From Paraspadella gotoi (taxonomy: Eukaryota > Animalia > Chaetognatha): a stretch of 60,332 nt of DNA. Positions within the stretch are counted from its first letter, which is position 1. Each line of letters starts with the position of its first letter. Of the stretch, positions 13,640 to 23,889 are shown piece after piece. The stretch spans positions 23,398,284-23,458,615 of the forward strand of contig CM119267.1 in the NCBI GenBank assembly GCA_051294375.1, written 5' to 3'. The position numbers and the translations under genes are program-made. The notes under the pieces are model-generated. The model had not been told where the DNA came from. It did no database searches and worked only from the letters and a program-made list of their open reading frames with translations.

Positions 13640-13933
13640 CACGCATTTGTTTGTTTTATTTTACGATGAATAATTCATCGCGTCAATGAATTACTATCAT
13701 CGTATCAATGAATGATTATCATCATATCAATAAATGACTATCATCGCATCAATCATTTGATTATCATCACATCAGTCATTTTGTTATCATCGCATCAATT
13801 ATTGGCTATCATCGCGTCAATATTTGGTTATCATCGCATCAATATTTGGTTATCATCGCATCAATATTTGGTCCTGACCCGGCTTCGCCGGTCAAGGCTC
13901 GATAAAAACCTTAATTATTTTACAGTTTTTTGT
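9211..13933. mobile_element. HINE-like family B element, present as two near-identical ~2-kb copies around a 25-N gap
   Basis: About 9250-11292 and 11375-13412 are nearly identical. Ends carry ATCGAGCC / GGCTCGAT, a GACCGGCGAAGCCGGGTC hairpin, a (GTC)n microsatellite, and a ~21-bp TATCATCGCATCAAT array at 13670-13870. Confidence 0.55.
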
Positions 13934-14684
13934 AATTTTTACCTTTCATGAATGATTCATCCAAACAATCGCTCCCACGAGGTCAACAAAAGATCAAACT
14001 TCTCATCTCTCAATGACGGGGGCGACAACAAAGGTTCCTTCGGCAACGATCTTTAACAATTTCAATGACGGGGGCCAAAGATTCTCAACACATATCAGAA
14101 CGCTCGTCACTACTTAGAAGCAAAATTGAAATCAATTTCGGACGGGGGTGAAAGATTTTGTGACCTCGCGTCCGGTCAATTTTCCCTGGTAATTTAGTTG
14201 ACCTTTTCAGACCAGTCTTTTCACCGTTCTAGTCGCTGTCTTGTAACTTTCTTTTAGCCAAAAACCTCGTCACTTGTTATTTGATCATAATCGTTTATCT
14301 GGAAAAGATCGGCTTTAAGGAACCGTAGTTTTTACGGAGTCCAAGGATTTTCCACACCAATTTGTTATACGACATTTATTTCGCCATTTATTTCTTCTTC
14401 AATAATAAACTCATGCACAATTTATTCACGATTTATTTGTCATTTATTCGACATTTTCGTCATTCGAGATTTAGAAAACCTTGCTCCATGTTAAAGCCAG
14501 TTTAACCTACAGCCAACGAATCAAACGCGCGACCCTCATGGCATAGAAAATAATAAACATTTTCTACACCTAAAAACAAATTAATTAATTTATTATTTAA
14601 TTACCATTAATTAATTAATTACCGCTAATGATCGTGGGTAGATCCGACATTGTTTGCTCAAACTTGTTTATGTATATTGTATAG

Positions 14685-15259
14685 TGTTATGGTGGACTAA
14701 AATCCACCAACCGTTCATTAGCGGCCATTGGTGCCGGAGGCAAGTCATCCGCCTCCCAACCCAAAGGTCCGGGGTTCTAGCCCGGTGGCCGCCTAGGAGT
14801 TAAGAGGGACAGCCTGATCCGAAGCTCAGGGACTGCATATATTGAACGGTTTGGTCACTAACACAACAATAATTACTGTCTCTTCATTGGTGAGCCCGAC
14901 TTCCGAACACAACAACTACAACAACACTTTCAGGCGACATGCCTCAACCTGGCGATTCACTTTCCGCCAACAACACATCAGGCGACATGCCTCAACTTGG
15001 TGACGCACTTTCCTCCAACAATTCACTGAAGAGACGCAACAGACTTCTCCCTACGGGAGGGGGGGATGTATGGTGGACTAAAATCCACCAACCGTTCATC
15101 AGCAGCCATTGGTGCCGGAGGCAAGTCATTTGCCTCCGGGGTTCTAGCCCGGTTGCCACCTAGCCTGTAACACGGTGTTACAGCCTGATCCAAAGCTCAG
15201 GGACTGCATATATTGAACGGTTCTATCACTAACACATAACAATAATTACTGTCTCTTCA
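14685..15259 (+). mobile_element. TRIM (miniature non-autonomous LTR retrotransposon) with tRNA-derived sequence inside its LTRs
   Basis: LTR1 14685-14886 and LTR2 15067-15259, both TG...CA. PBS TGGTGAGCCCGAC at 14888-14900 (12/13 match to the tRNA-Trp PBS TGGTGACCCCGAC). PPT GGGAGGGGGGGA at 15055-15066. 180-bp non-coding interior with a 48-bp duplication. No matching TSD at this copy. Confidence 0.85.
14721..14792 (+). ncRNA. tRNA-Gly-like 72-nt sequence embedded in the LTR (not a canonical tRNA gene)
   Basis: Acceptor stem GCGGCCA/TGGCCGC; T-arm CCGGG-GTTCTAG-CCCGG with a B-box-like GGTTCTAG; CGCCTCCCA as in the tRNA-Gly(CCC) anticodon arm. Anticodon and D stems pair poorly. Confidence 0.65.
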
Positions 15260-15267
15260 GTGTATAA

Positions 15268-17050
15268 ACTCTATAATCCACTATGTCGGTCCGTCGGTCC
15301 CACCCCAAAATTTTGTCGGTAAAAGATTTAAATCATATCAGAATATTGAATTATGATAAATTATGCAAAAAGATGATGTCCGTTCGTCTGTCTGTCTGTC
15401 TGTTCGTCCATCCGTCTAAGCATCCATCCCCACTTAAACTCCAATTATGTGGGTAGAANNNNNNNNNNNNNNNNNNNNNNNNNNNNNNNNNNNNNNNNNN
15501 NNNNNNNNNNNNNNNNNNNNNNNNNNNNNNNNNNNNNNNNNNNNNNNNNNNNNNNNNNNNNNNNNNNNNNNNNNNNNNNNNNNNNNNNNNNNNNNNNNNN
15601 NNNNNNNNNNNNNNNNNNNNNNNNNNNNNNNNNNNNNNNNNNNNNNNNNNNNNNNNNNNNNNNNNNNNNNNNNNNNNNNNNNNNNNNNNNNNNNNNNNNN
15701 NNNNNNNNNNNNNNNNNNNNNNNNNNNNNNNNNNNNNNNNNNNNNNNNNNNNNNNNNNNNNNNNNNNNNNNNNNNNNNNNNNNNNNNNNNNNNNNNNNNN
15801 NNNNNNNNNNNNNNNNNNNNNNNNNNNNNNNNNNNNNNNNNNNNNNNNNNNNNNNNNNNNNNNNNNNNNNNNNNNNNNNNNNNNNNNNNNNNNNNNNNNN
15901 NNNNNNNNNNNNNNNNNNNNNNNNNNNNNNNNNNNNNNNNNNNNNNNNNNNNNNNNNNNNNNNNNAAAAAGAAAAAAAGAAGAAGAGATTTGTCAAGAAA
16001 ATGTGATCTTTTATCTTTTCATTAAACCATTATTTTCACTTGCAGGCGATTTCCATCGAAACTTTAATAGGCTAGCTTAAGTGCACAGCAACTTTCTAAC
16101 CCACTCAAATTATGCCAGTTGATCAAAGTATATAAGTTGACCAAATTATGCAAGTCGACCAAACAATGCCAGTTTACCAAATTATGCCAGTNNNNNNNNN
16201 NNNNNNNNNNNNNNNNNNNNNNNNNNNNNNNNNNNNNNNNNNNNNNNNNNNNNNNNNNNNNNNNNNNNNNNNNNNNNNNNNNNNNNNNNNNNNNNNNNNN
16301 NNNNNNNNNNNNNNNNNNNNNNNNNNNNNNNNNNNNNNNNNNNNNNNNNNNNNNNNNNNNNNNNNNNNNNNNNNNNNNNNNNNNNNNNNNNNNNNNNNNN
16401 NNNNNNNNNNNNNNNNNNNNNNNNNNNNNNNNNNNNNNNNNNNNNNNNNNNNNNNNNNNNNNNNNNNNNNNNNNNNNNNNNNNNNNNNNNNNNNNNNATA
16501 GATTAATTGATTTATAGATTTTTTCACAGATTTATTAAGAAGTTAGTTATGATTTTCAGTCGGTCCGTCGGTCCGCCGCCTCAATCTTGTCGGGCATTCA
16601 CATATATCATGTCAGAATATCGAATTATGATAAATTATGCAAAATAATTATGTCCGTCCGTATGTCCGTTTATCTGTCTGTCCATCTGTCTGTCCGTCCG
16701 TCCCACCTTAGCAAAAAACACAAATTACTCATGATTTGATGAATGGATTGGAATGAAATTTTGTGTGTGGTTAAGGAAGTGTGTGATTGAGCTGGATATG
16801 AAGTTTCAGTGAAATCGTCCGAGTGGAAATGAGTTTAAATGGAAAAAACAAAAAAATATATTTCACTATTTGAATCAAATTAATTAATTAATTGCCTAAT
16901 TAATTAATTATCTTGAATTAATCGGTAATTTATTATTTAATAATTATTTGAAGTTAATTAATTAATAATTAATTAATTCAAGTTAATAATTAATTAATTA
17001 ATTACCGATAATGATCGTGGGTAGATCCGACATTGTTTGCTCAAACTTAT
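15268..17050 (+). mobile_element. HINE-like family A sequence spanning two gaps
   Basis: Family A 5' motifs at 15268 and 16558, (GTCY)n tracts, and 3' end GTAGATCCGACATTGTTTGCTCAAACTT at 17021-17048. Confidence 0.5.
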
Positions 17051-17060
17051 TTATGTTATG

Positions 17061-17740
17061 TAGGACTAAGCTCTGACGAACAAAGCCCGAGGTTTTTTTA
17101 CATAATTCTATTTTACCGCCAAGGTAAATGATTGGCAATATTGTTAATATTAAGTTTTCAAAAAAATCCGACTATAAATATAGAAAATATTAACCAAAAT
17201 CTTCGGAAAATCTACCCCTTCTTTGGAAGATTTTTACCATAGAAGATTTTTCCCGAATCTGACTCCCGGTTTGAAAACTCTTAGAATTCCAATCGTTAGC
17301 TCCTCTTTTACTTTTATGATGATCGTATCATATCAAAATAACCTAATAAAATGTAAAGAAAAATTTTGAGAGCCCTTCAGACACTTTGCCAAAGGATTTC
17401 CAAAATTTGGACCCATTGGTTTGACAGGAACATACCTCAGTCACGTTTATATCGTTTTCAAGGAAAAAAATCCCTTTCATTCTATATAAAATCAGAGATG
17501 GAAAATTTTCCGTCCAGAAGCAGTCTATTTGTTCTGGCTTGTTTGATATCAAGATGTTGATGTTTTGACAAGAGAAAAAAAATGCGAGCCCTTCAGATGC
17601 ATAGGATCGGAATTCAAGTGTTTTTACATCGATATTTTACCAGAATTTACCAGGAGCGTTTATATTGTTTGGTAGTCAATTTGAATGAAAATCTCCATTG
17701 AAAAAGTCTTCCTCGATCTCTAAGAACTACGTAGACTCCT
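17061..17740 (+). mobile_element. Dispersed ~700-bp repeat with short TAGGA...TCCT termini (MITE-like)
   Basis: Colinear with 34801-35558; both begin TAGGAC.AAGCTCTGACGAA and end ACGTAGACTCCT. Confidence 0.6.
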
Positions 17741-17876
17741 TTTTTATGATTTTATTAAAATCTGTTAAAATCACAAATTGAGAGTCCGGAAGAATTATCG
17801 TGATTTATCATCGGATTAGCTGAGTACCTCTAAATTATGTAGGCAGATCCACATTGTTTGCTCAAACTTGTTTCAG

Positions 17877-17999
17877 GTGCGTTTAACGTTTTACAAAGAG
17901 GGAATCGTTGGAGCCGAACTAACGTTTAGTGGACAATGACAACGCCCTTTCATGGTTTACAAAAGTGGACTTTTGAAGACAACTTTGAGTCAAGTAAAA
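17877..17999 (+). pseudogene. Putative exon 4 of the type II membrane gene (two compensating indels as assembled)
   Basis: Acceptor TTGTTTCAG at 17876, phase 0; VRLTFYKEGIVGAELTFSG, then a +1 shift gives NDNALSWFTK, and the original frame resumes SGLLKTTLSQVK; donor AAA|GTAAGA at 17999/18000. Length is 123 nt (41 codons). Confidence 0.5.
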
Positions 18000-20900
18000 G
18001 TAAGATTTTTTTTCTTTTTTTTTAGTATCAACCGATTAGTTTTTTTAGTCGCGGCTCAACCGTATTTAGTATCCACACTATTATCATGCGACTGACTCTA
18101 ATGCTCAGTGACCACTACAAAAGACAAAATAAATCTCCGAATTCGAAGAATGAATCAGATAATTAAAAATAATATTTTTGTCAATCTCTGTCTTGTTTAT
18201 AAATGTGTTTATTTCGATAGCGGATAGGAGATTTCCTTATCGTAACGTGGTATTTTCATTTTCTGTCCTTTCAGCTGCTGGCACCTTCGCGCTGAAGAGC
18301 GATAATAAACTCTTTTGGACCCCCTCAACAACTGATATCTGTACTAAGGCATTCTTCACTGTTCTTACCAGGTAATAGACAATTTATTGATAGCGATTAC
18401 AATATTGGGACAACACATCTGTATTCGGTCTTCGTCTCGGTTCATAACGAGAGCGTTCTCTCTTCTCACCACATTGTCGTGCCCCACGGCATTGCATTGG
18501 TGGTAAGAGTCACATACTGTTTAACCCACCCAAATGAACTAAATAGTGATGAGGCTGGTTTGAGGACGAATGATCAATTAGAAAATATAATGGGAGAGAC
18601 TACTCTCTGATATACCAACAGTCTCTCCTTCGCTGTTTGCCACCGCCGGCCAGAAAGACGCAGACTGCTCCAGAGGAAATAATTCGCGACGCAGATGCCA
18701 AGCTTGCTTGGTGGCCAGCGGTGGTCTTTTAAAATTACTTTAAAACAACTCTAAAACTGGCTTTACTGAAATTTTTTTTGATGAGTTTAGAATTATTCTA
18801 CAAGGTGACACACGACAACCCTCGCTGCACAGAAAAAAATCGTCATTTGGCAAAACCTGCAAAATTTTTCTGTAGTAAAAACCAAAATCATTTATATAAT
18901 CCAATTCATATTGAGTGGTTTATGATTGATTTGGCATTTGAGGCAGAGAAAAGTTGCCTTAAAAATCGTCTTTAATTTTAATTCTTAATCCAGCTTTAAA
19001 TCAATAAAGGTAATCAAAACTAAGATAACCATTAAATTAAAAATTGCCAAAAAGCATGTTCGAAATAATTATTAAATTATTATTAGCCATTTCAATTAGT
19101 CTTTTTCAAACTTTTTTATGATACCTGATATAAACAATTGGTTCAATCATTATAATTTAAATAGGTCATTTATTTGAAAAAATATATTTTAGGATTTTAA
19201 TATTTCAATTTTGAATACCTTGAATTAAATTAAAGCGGTTAGGCTTATTTTTATATTACATATTCTTAAATTATATATTTTCTTCAAATTTCAAGAGCTT
19301 TTAGAAGATTTTATTGAATAATTAGATTCCTCATCGATTTTTAATTTGTCAGACGTTTTTACTCTTTTTTTACCTTATTTTTTGAAGCTAAACGTTTCGC
19401 TGATTACGGGAAGTAGATTGTGTAAATTGAAAAACTAGTAATACCAAAAGTTAGTGTTATGTCTCAAATAGACGGAAAAAAAATCTCATTTAAAAATTCA
19501 TTCGGGAAGTGGGGTAATGAAGCCTTACCAGTGGCATTGTCAATTTCAAACATCTCGCAAATAATTATTTTTATTTAATATGTTTGAAAGGGAAAATACA
19601 AAAATTTAGAATGCGGGTTCCCTCTTGTATGCATATCAGAAAAAATGTTTTTTAAAGTTTTGGGCACTTCCATGTCTTAGGGGCTTGGGGGCAAAAGGGC
19701 GAATTAAAAAATTCGACCTTTTAATCAGTAAACGATGACATTCAAGATGAGTAGATTTTATTTTTTTTCCTTCGCTGAAATTTTTATTTTAAGAAGAAAT
19801 AAAAAGAAAGATATAAAAAAATTCTATTTTTTTCTATTTAAAAGAAAATTATCAATATTTAACACAATGAATGTCTTGCTTTGTCAAATATGTCGCCATC
19901 TATGTAATTTTTTAAAATTTTATTATGAAAACAAGCAGTTTGTCAAGCTTTTTGTTTGCAGTTGAAGATAATGAAAAAGTGACAATTTTTTTTCACAGGC
20001 AAAGAAGGGTAAACTTCCAGACTGTTTTATATCAAGCTTAAAACATTTTTGTATTTATCATTTTTCATATTTAAAAAGACATTTTATCAAGCTACTACAT
20101 AAATTTTTGCTTGTTTTTTAACTTTAACTGAAAAATACAGGCAATGTATGCAGTAGAGAAAATTTAATGGTAATCAAAATATAATTCAGTCTTCCCTTTT
20201 TCAGATCACAAAAAAAAACAAAAAAATTCAATATGCTTTCATCGCAATTTTTAACAACAAAAAATTTGTTATAACTTTTAACTATGATTTAAACAAAAGC
20301 TGTGTAAAAGATTTATAGATGAAATTTAATTAAACTCTTTGAGAATGGTGTCACATGATTAGGGCTTTTAATTGATACCACGATCACCCCTTGCTATCTC
20401 TTTTCTTTCAAAAGTTATCCAAGAAAATAACTTTTTTATCATCGGAGAACTAAGGATTTGAACTACGCAGTAAAATCTTTGTTAAATAAAAATTTTGGCA
20501 AAGCGGGAGTATCTCAATACTTAAATTTTAAAATAATATTTAAAATTTAAAAGAAAAAAAATTTCGTCATCTAGAGACCTATCACTTTCAGATGTACACA
20601 TTGGTCTTGCTTCATTTATGGCTTTTGCTTGAAGAAATCAGCAAAACGTTCCTATTTTTTTTAAAAAATAGTTAGTACTAGCGCGTCAGAAATCTTCTAG
20701 AGAAACTCGAAAATTTTATTCTGATAAATTTTTGCCTTTGAAGGCTGACGTTTATTGAACATAATCTCTCGGAAACTTTTGTAGGAATTTTAAAAACGGT
20801 TTTTTTGCAAGTGAATATTGAACAATCATCCTCCAGGGATTGGCATAAAAATATAAAAATATCATTATCATGAAAGAGTGATGGAGGCCTTAAACCACTA

Positions 20901-21896
20901 AGCCTGTCCAAAGTCAGTGGCAAAAAATAGCATTTATTAAATGAATGGATAATCTTTATATTATATGTACCAATTTCATAACAAACCATAACAGACTTCT
21001 TCATAAATCTACAAAAAAATCAATAAATCTATTGATCTATCATCATTACCAGTGAGCTGCGCCAATAAAAACTTGCATAATTTGGTCCACTTGCAGAATT
21101 TGGTCGACTTGCATAACTTGGTAATTTAGCATAATTTAGTTCAATTCACATAATTAATGGGGAATGTGCATCGTTTCTAAACTTAATTTTAGTATGTTTT
21201 AAATGAATATTGGTAACGCGATCGATAGGAAATTCAAAATATTTATAGTAATACAAAATTTCATCAAAATCGGATAGATCCGTTCAAAAGTTTATGGCAA
21301 AAAAACGTGCTCGAAAATCGCGCTCGAATCGATCAACTTTCGTTAAATCGAACTCGTTTTGATCCAATAGGGGATTTGAAACTACGCGTAGGTACTAAGC
21401 TTTAAATGGTAAATCGCGATTTAGGCGGCAATCCGGGCCTCGTAAGTAAGTAATTGAAGAGGCGAAACAAGGAAAAAGAAGGTAATCATTAGAAAAGGTA
21501 AATGATAAAAATAATAAAATTAGTAACAGAATAGTGTAAGAATAAATCATAAGAGAACAAAACAAGTTATCAATGCAAAGTATAGGCGAGTGAGTATCGC
21601 CGAGCAAAATTTACTATTTAACTAACGTCAATTTAAATTTAATATCGTTAATTCAAGATCCGAGAATTAAAGATTGAGAATATCACTATCGCACTGTCAC
21701 GATTAATTTTCATTTTTTGAATCATTTCAATTTAACGAAAATTGATATTGACTATGATAACCATAAAACTATGATTAAAAGAAAATGATTGATTATGCCA
21801 TAATTGATGAAATGAATAAAATTAATTAAGACTAATACGATGACGATGGTTTAATTAATTTAAAATTGTATATCTGTATCCTTATTTTATTATAAA

Positions 21897-22920
21897 TAAG
21901 TTTGAGCAACAATATCGGATTTGCCTACAAAAATTTAGTGCCATCAGCTAAAAAGTATGCAAGTTGAAAAAAAAGTATGCTAAGAGTATGCAATTTAAAA
22001 AAGTATGTAAATTTGAAGAAGTTGCAAAGTATGCAATTTGAAAAAATGTAATGCAAAAGTATGCAATATTGAATAAAATGTATGCAAAAGTATGGCAATT
22101 GTGAAAAAGAATTGCAAAATGAGTGCAATTTAAAAAAAGTATAGCAAAAAGTATGCAATTTAAAAAATGTAATGCAAAGTATGCAATTTTAAAAAATGTA
22201 TGCAAAAAGTAATGCAATTTAAAAAGTATGGCAAAAGTATGCATAATGAAAAAAAGTATGCATAATTGAAAAAAGTATGCATACTTTGAAAAAAGTATGC
22301 CTACTTTTTGGAAAAGTATGCATACTTTTTTTAAAGTATGCATACTTTTTTAAAGTATGGCATATTTTTTCAAAAGTATGCATACTTTTTTTTACAATTG
22401 ATGCCATACTTAAAAAAAGTATGCATACCTTTTTAAAATATGCATACTTTTAAAAAAAAGTATGCATAACTTCAAAAAAAGTATGCATACTTTGAAAAAA
22501 GTATGCATAATTGGAAAAAGTATGCATACTTTGAAAAAAGTATGCGAATACTTTAAGTAGATAATAAAAGTGCATAATTTTTGTAGTATGGCATACTTTG
22601 AAAAAAGTAATGCATATTTTAGAAAAAAGTATGCATACTTCAAAAAAGTAATGCATACTTTGAAAAAAGTATGCATACTTGAAAAAGTTATGCAACTTTG
22701 AAAAAAGTATGCATACTTTGAAAAAGTTGGAGCATATTTTAAAAAAAGTATCCTACTTCAAAAAAGGTATGCATACTTTGAAAAAAGTATTGCATATTAT
22801 TTGAAAAAAGTATGCCTACTGTTTTTTGAAGTATGGCCTACTTTTTTAAAAGTAATGCATACTTTTTGTTCAAAAGTATGCAATTACTTTTTTTAAAATA
22901 TGCATACTTATTTTCAAAGT
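21897..22920 (-). repeat. Tandem array of ~21-22-bp units built on the palindrome AAAGTATGCATACTTT, next to a HINE-A 3' end
   Basis: Repeated AAAAAAGTATGCATACTTTG and variants over about 21950-22920; reverse-strand HINE-A 3' end at 21897-21930. Confidence 0.85.
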
Positions 22921-22929
22921 CACGTCACG

Positions 22930-23240
22930 TCAATGAATGACTAAAGCGATCGCATCAATGAAAGTGACTATCATACGCATAATGAATGACTATCATCGCA
23001 TCAAATGAATGATTACATCCGAATCATGAAGGACTATCATCGCATCAATTGAATGATTATTCATCGCAATCAATGAATGACTATCATCGGCATCCATGAT
23101 TGGTATCATAACGCATCAATCCTGTCGGTTATCATCGCATCAATATTTGTTGATTATCTCGCATCAAATATTATGGTTATATCGCATCAATATTGGTTTA
23201 TGCATGCAAAAGTAGGCTCGATCCCTATTGCTTTTAAAGA
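22930..23240 (+). repeat. TATCATCGCATCAAT minisatellite plus family B 3' end
   Basis: Same unit as 13670-13870, followed by AGGCTCGATCCCTATTGCTTTTAAAG. Confidence 0.65.
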
Positions 23241-23889
23241 TTTTATTGAAGGTTTTGGGTCCTATCACTGTATCGTATGCAACATAACAATAATTAATGT
23301 CTCTTCAAGAGATAAGATAAAGAGAACTAACAAGGGACAAACGGACGCTTACAGGGCGTGAAATTCAAAACATTTCATACAGACAGCATTTAAAACATAA
23401 AAATAACGGTAAGGCCCATGTTGAAGATATGGTATTTATCTGGCCCGGTATCGCGCAGCTGGCGAATCATGCTTATTTTTAATTGATGTCCTCAATTGGA
23501 AGTAACCTAGCGTCAACCATGATTTCAATACAGATCGGAACGCGCCTTAAAAAAGCTTTTAGCGTGCAAAACTTGATATCGCTGTTCTATTTGCTTCTAA
23601 ATTAATATAAACTCTCGTAAATTTACCCCCGCGCTTATCTGAATACAGATAGTAAACAATTGACAGTTTCTTTCGATGGTCTTAGAACAAAAAAATTGAA
23701 GGCTTGACTATGGCAGTTTTCTACATAAAAACCAGTTCGATTTGATTGCTTTATCAAGTCGCATGTCGAAGATTGCAGAGAATTTTTAACTTTCTTTGTT
23801 TTATTAAGTAAGAGAAGACAATAAGCTATCCAAACCCGTTACTGATATGATGATTTTGTGTCTANNNNNNNNNNNNNNNNNNNNNNNNN

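Larger units (their letters stand above)
7526..14568 (+). mobile_element. Decayed, internally deleted BEL/Pao LTR retrotransposon with nested insertions
   Basis: Direct repeats 7526-7896 and 14149-14568 begin TGAAAGATTTTGTGACC and end TTTTCTA(T/C)A. Flanks CCTCA and CCTAA (5-bp TSD, 1 mismatch). Purine run GGACGGGGG before the 3' LTR. Gag knuckles at 8448-8642 and a degenerate integrase-tail-like segment at 13950-14148. No PBS recognisable. Confidence 0.8.
6941..14668 (+). mobile_element. HINE-like family A copy split by the BEL/Pao insertion
   Basis: 5' part at 6941-7525; 3' end GTAGATCCGACATTGTTTGCTCAAACTTGTT at about 14638-14668 resumes just after the second BEL LTR. Confidence 0.55.

Noticed and set aside
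15445-16527. Long ORFs of X residues
   Set aside because: They are read through assembly gaps.
18200-18730. Possible CR1/L2 retrotransposon remnant on the minus strand (VVPIL...VEGVQK); similar weak case at 23310-23860
   Set aside because: Only a few scattered residues match, with stops and shifts; not supportable without a search.
21925-22695. Repetitive ORFs (KVCILF, KYAYFF) and CRISPR-like regularity
   Set aside because: Tandem satellite without unique spacers; eukaryotic context and no cas genes.
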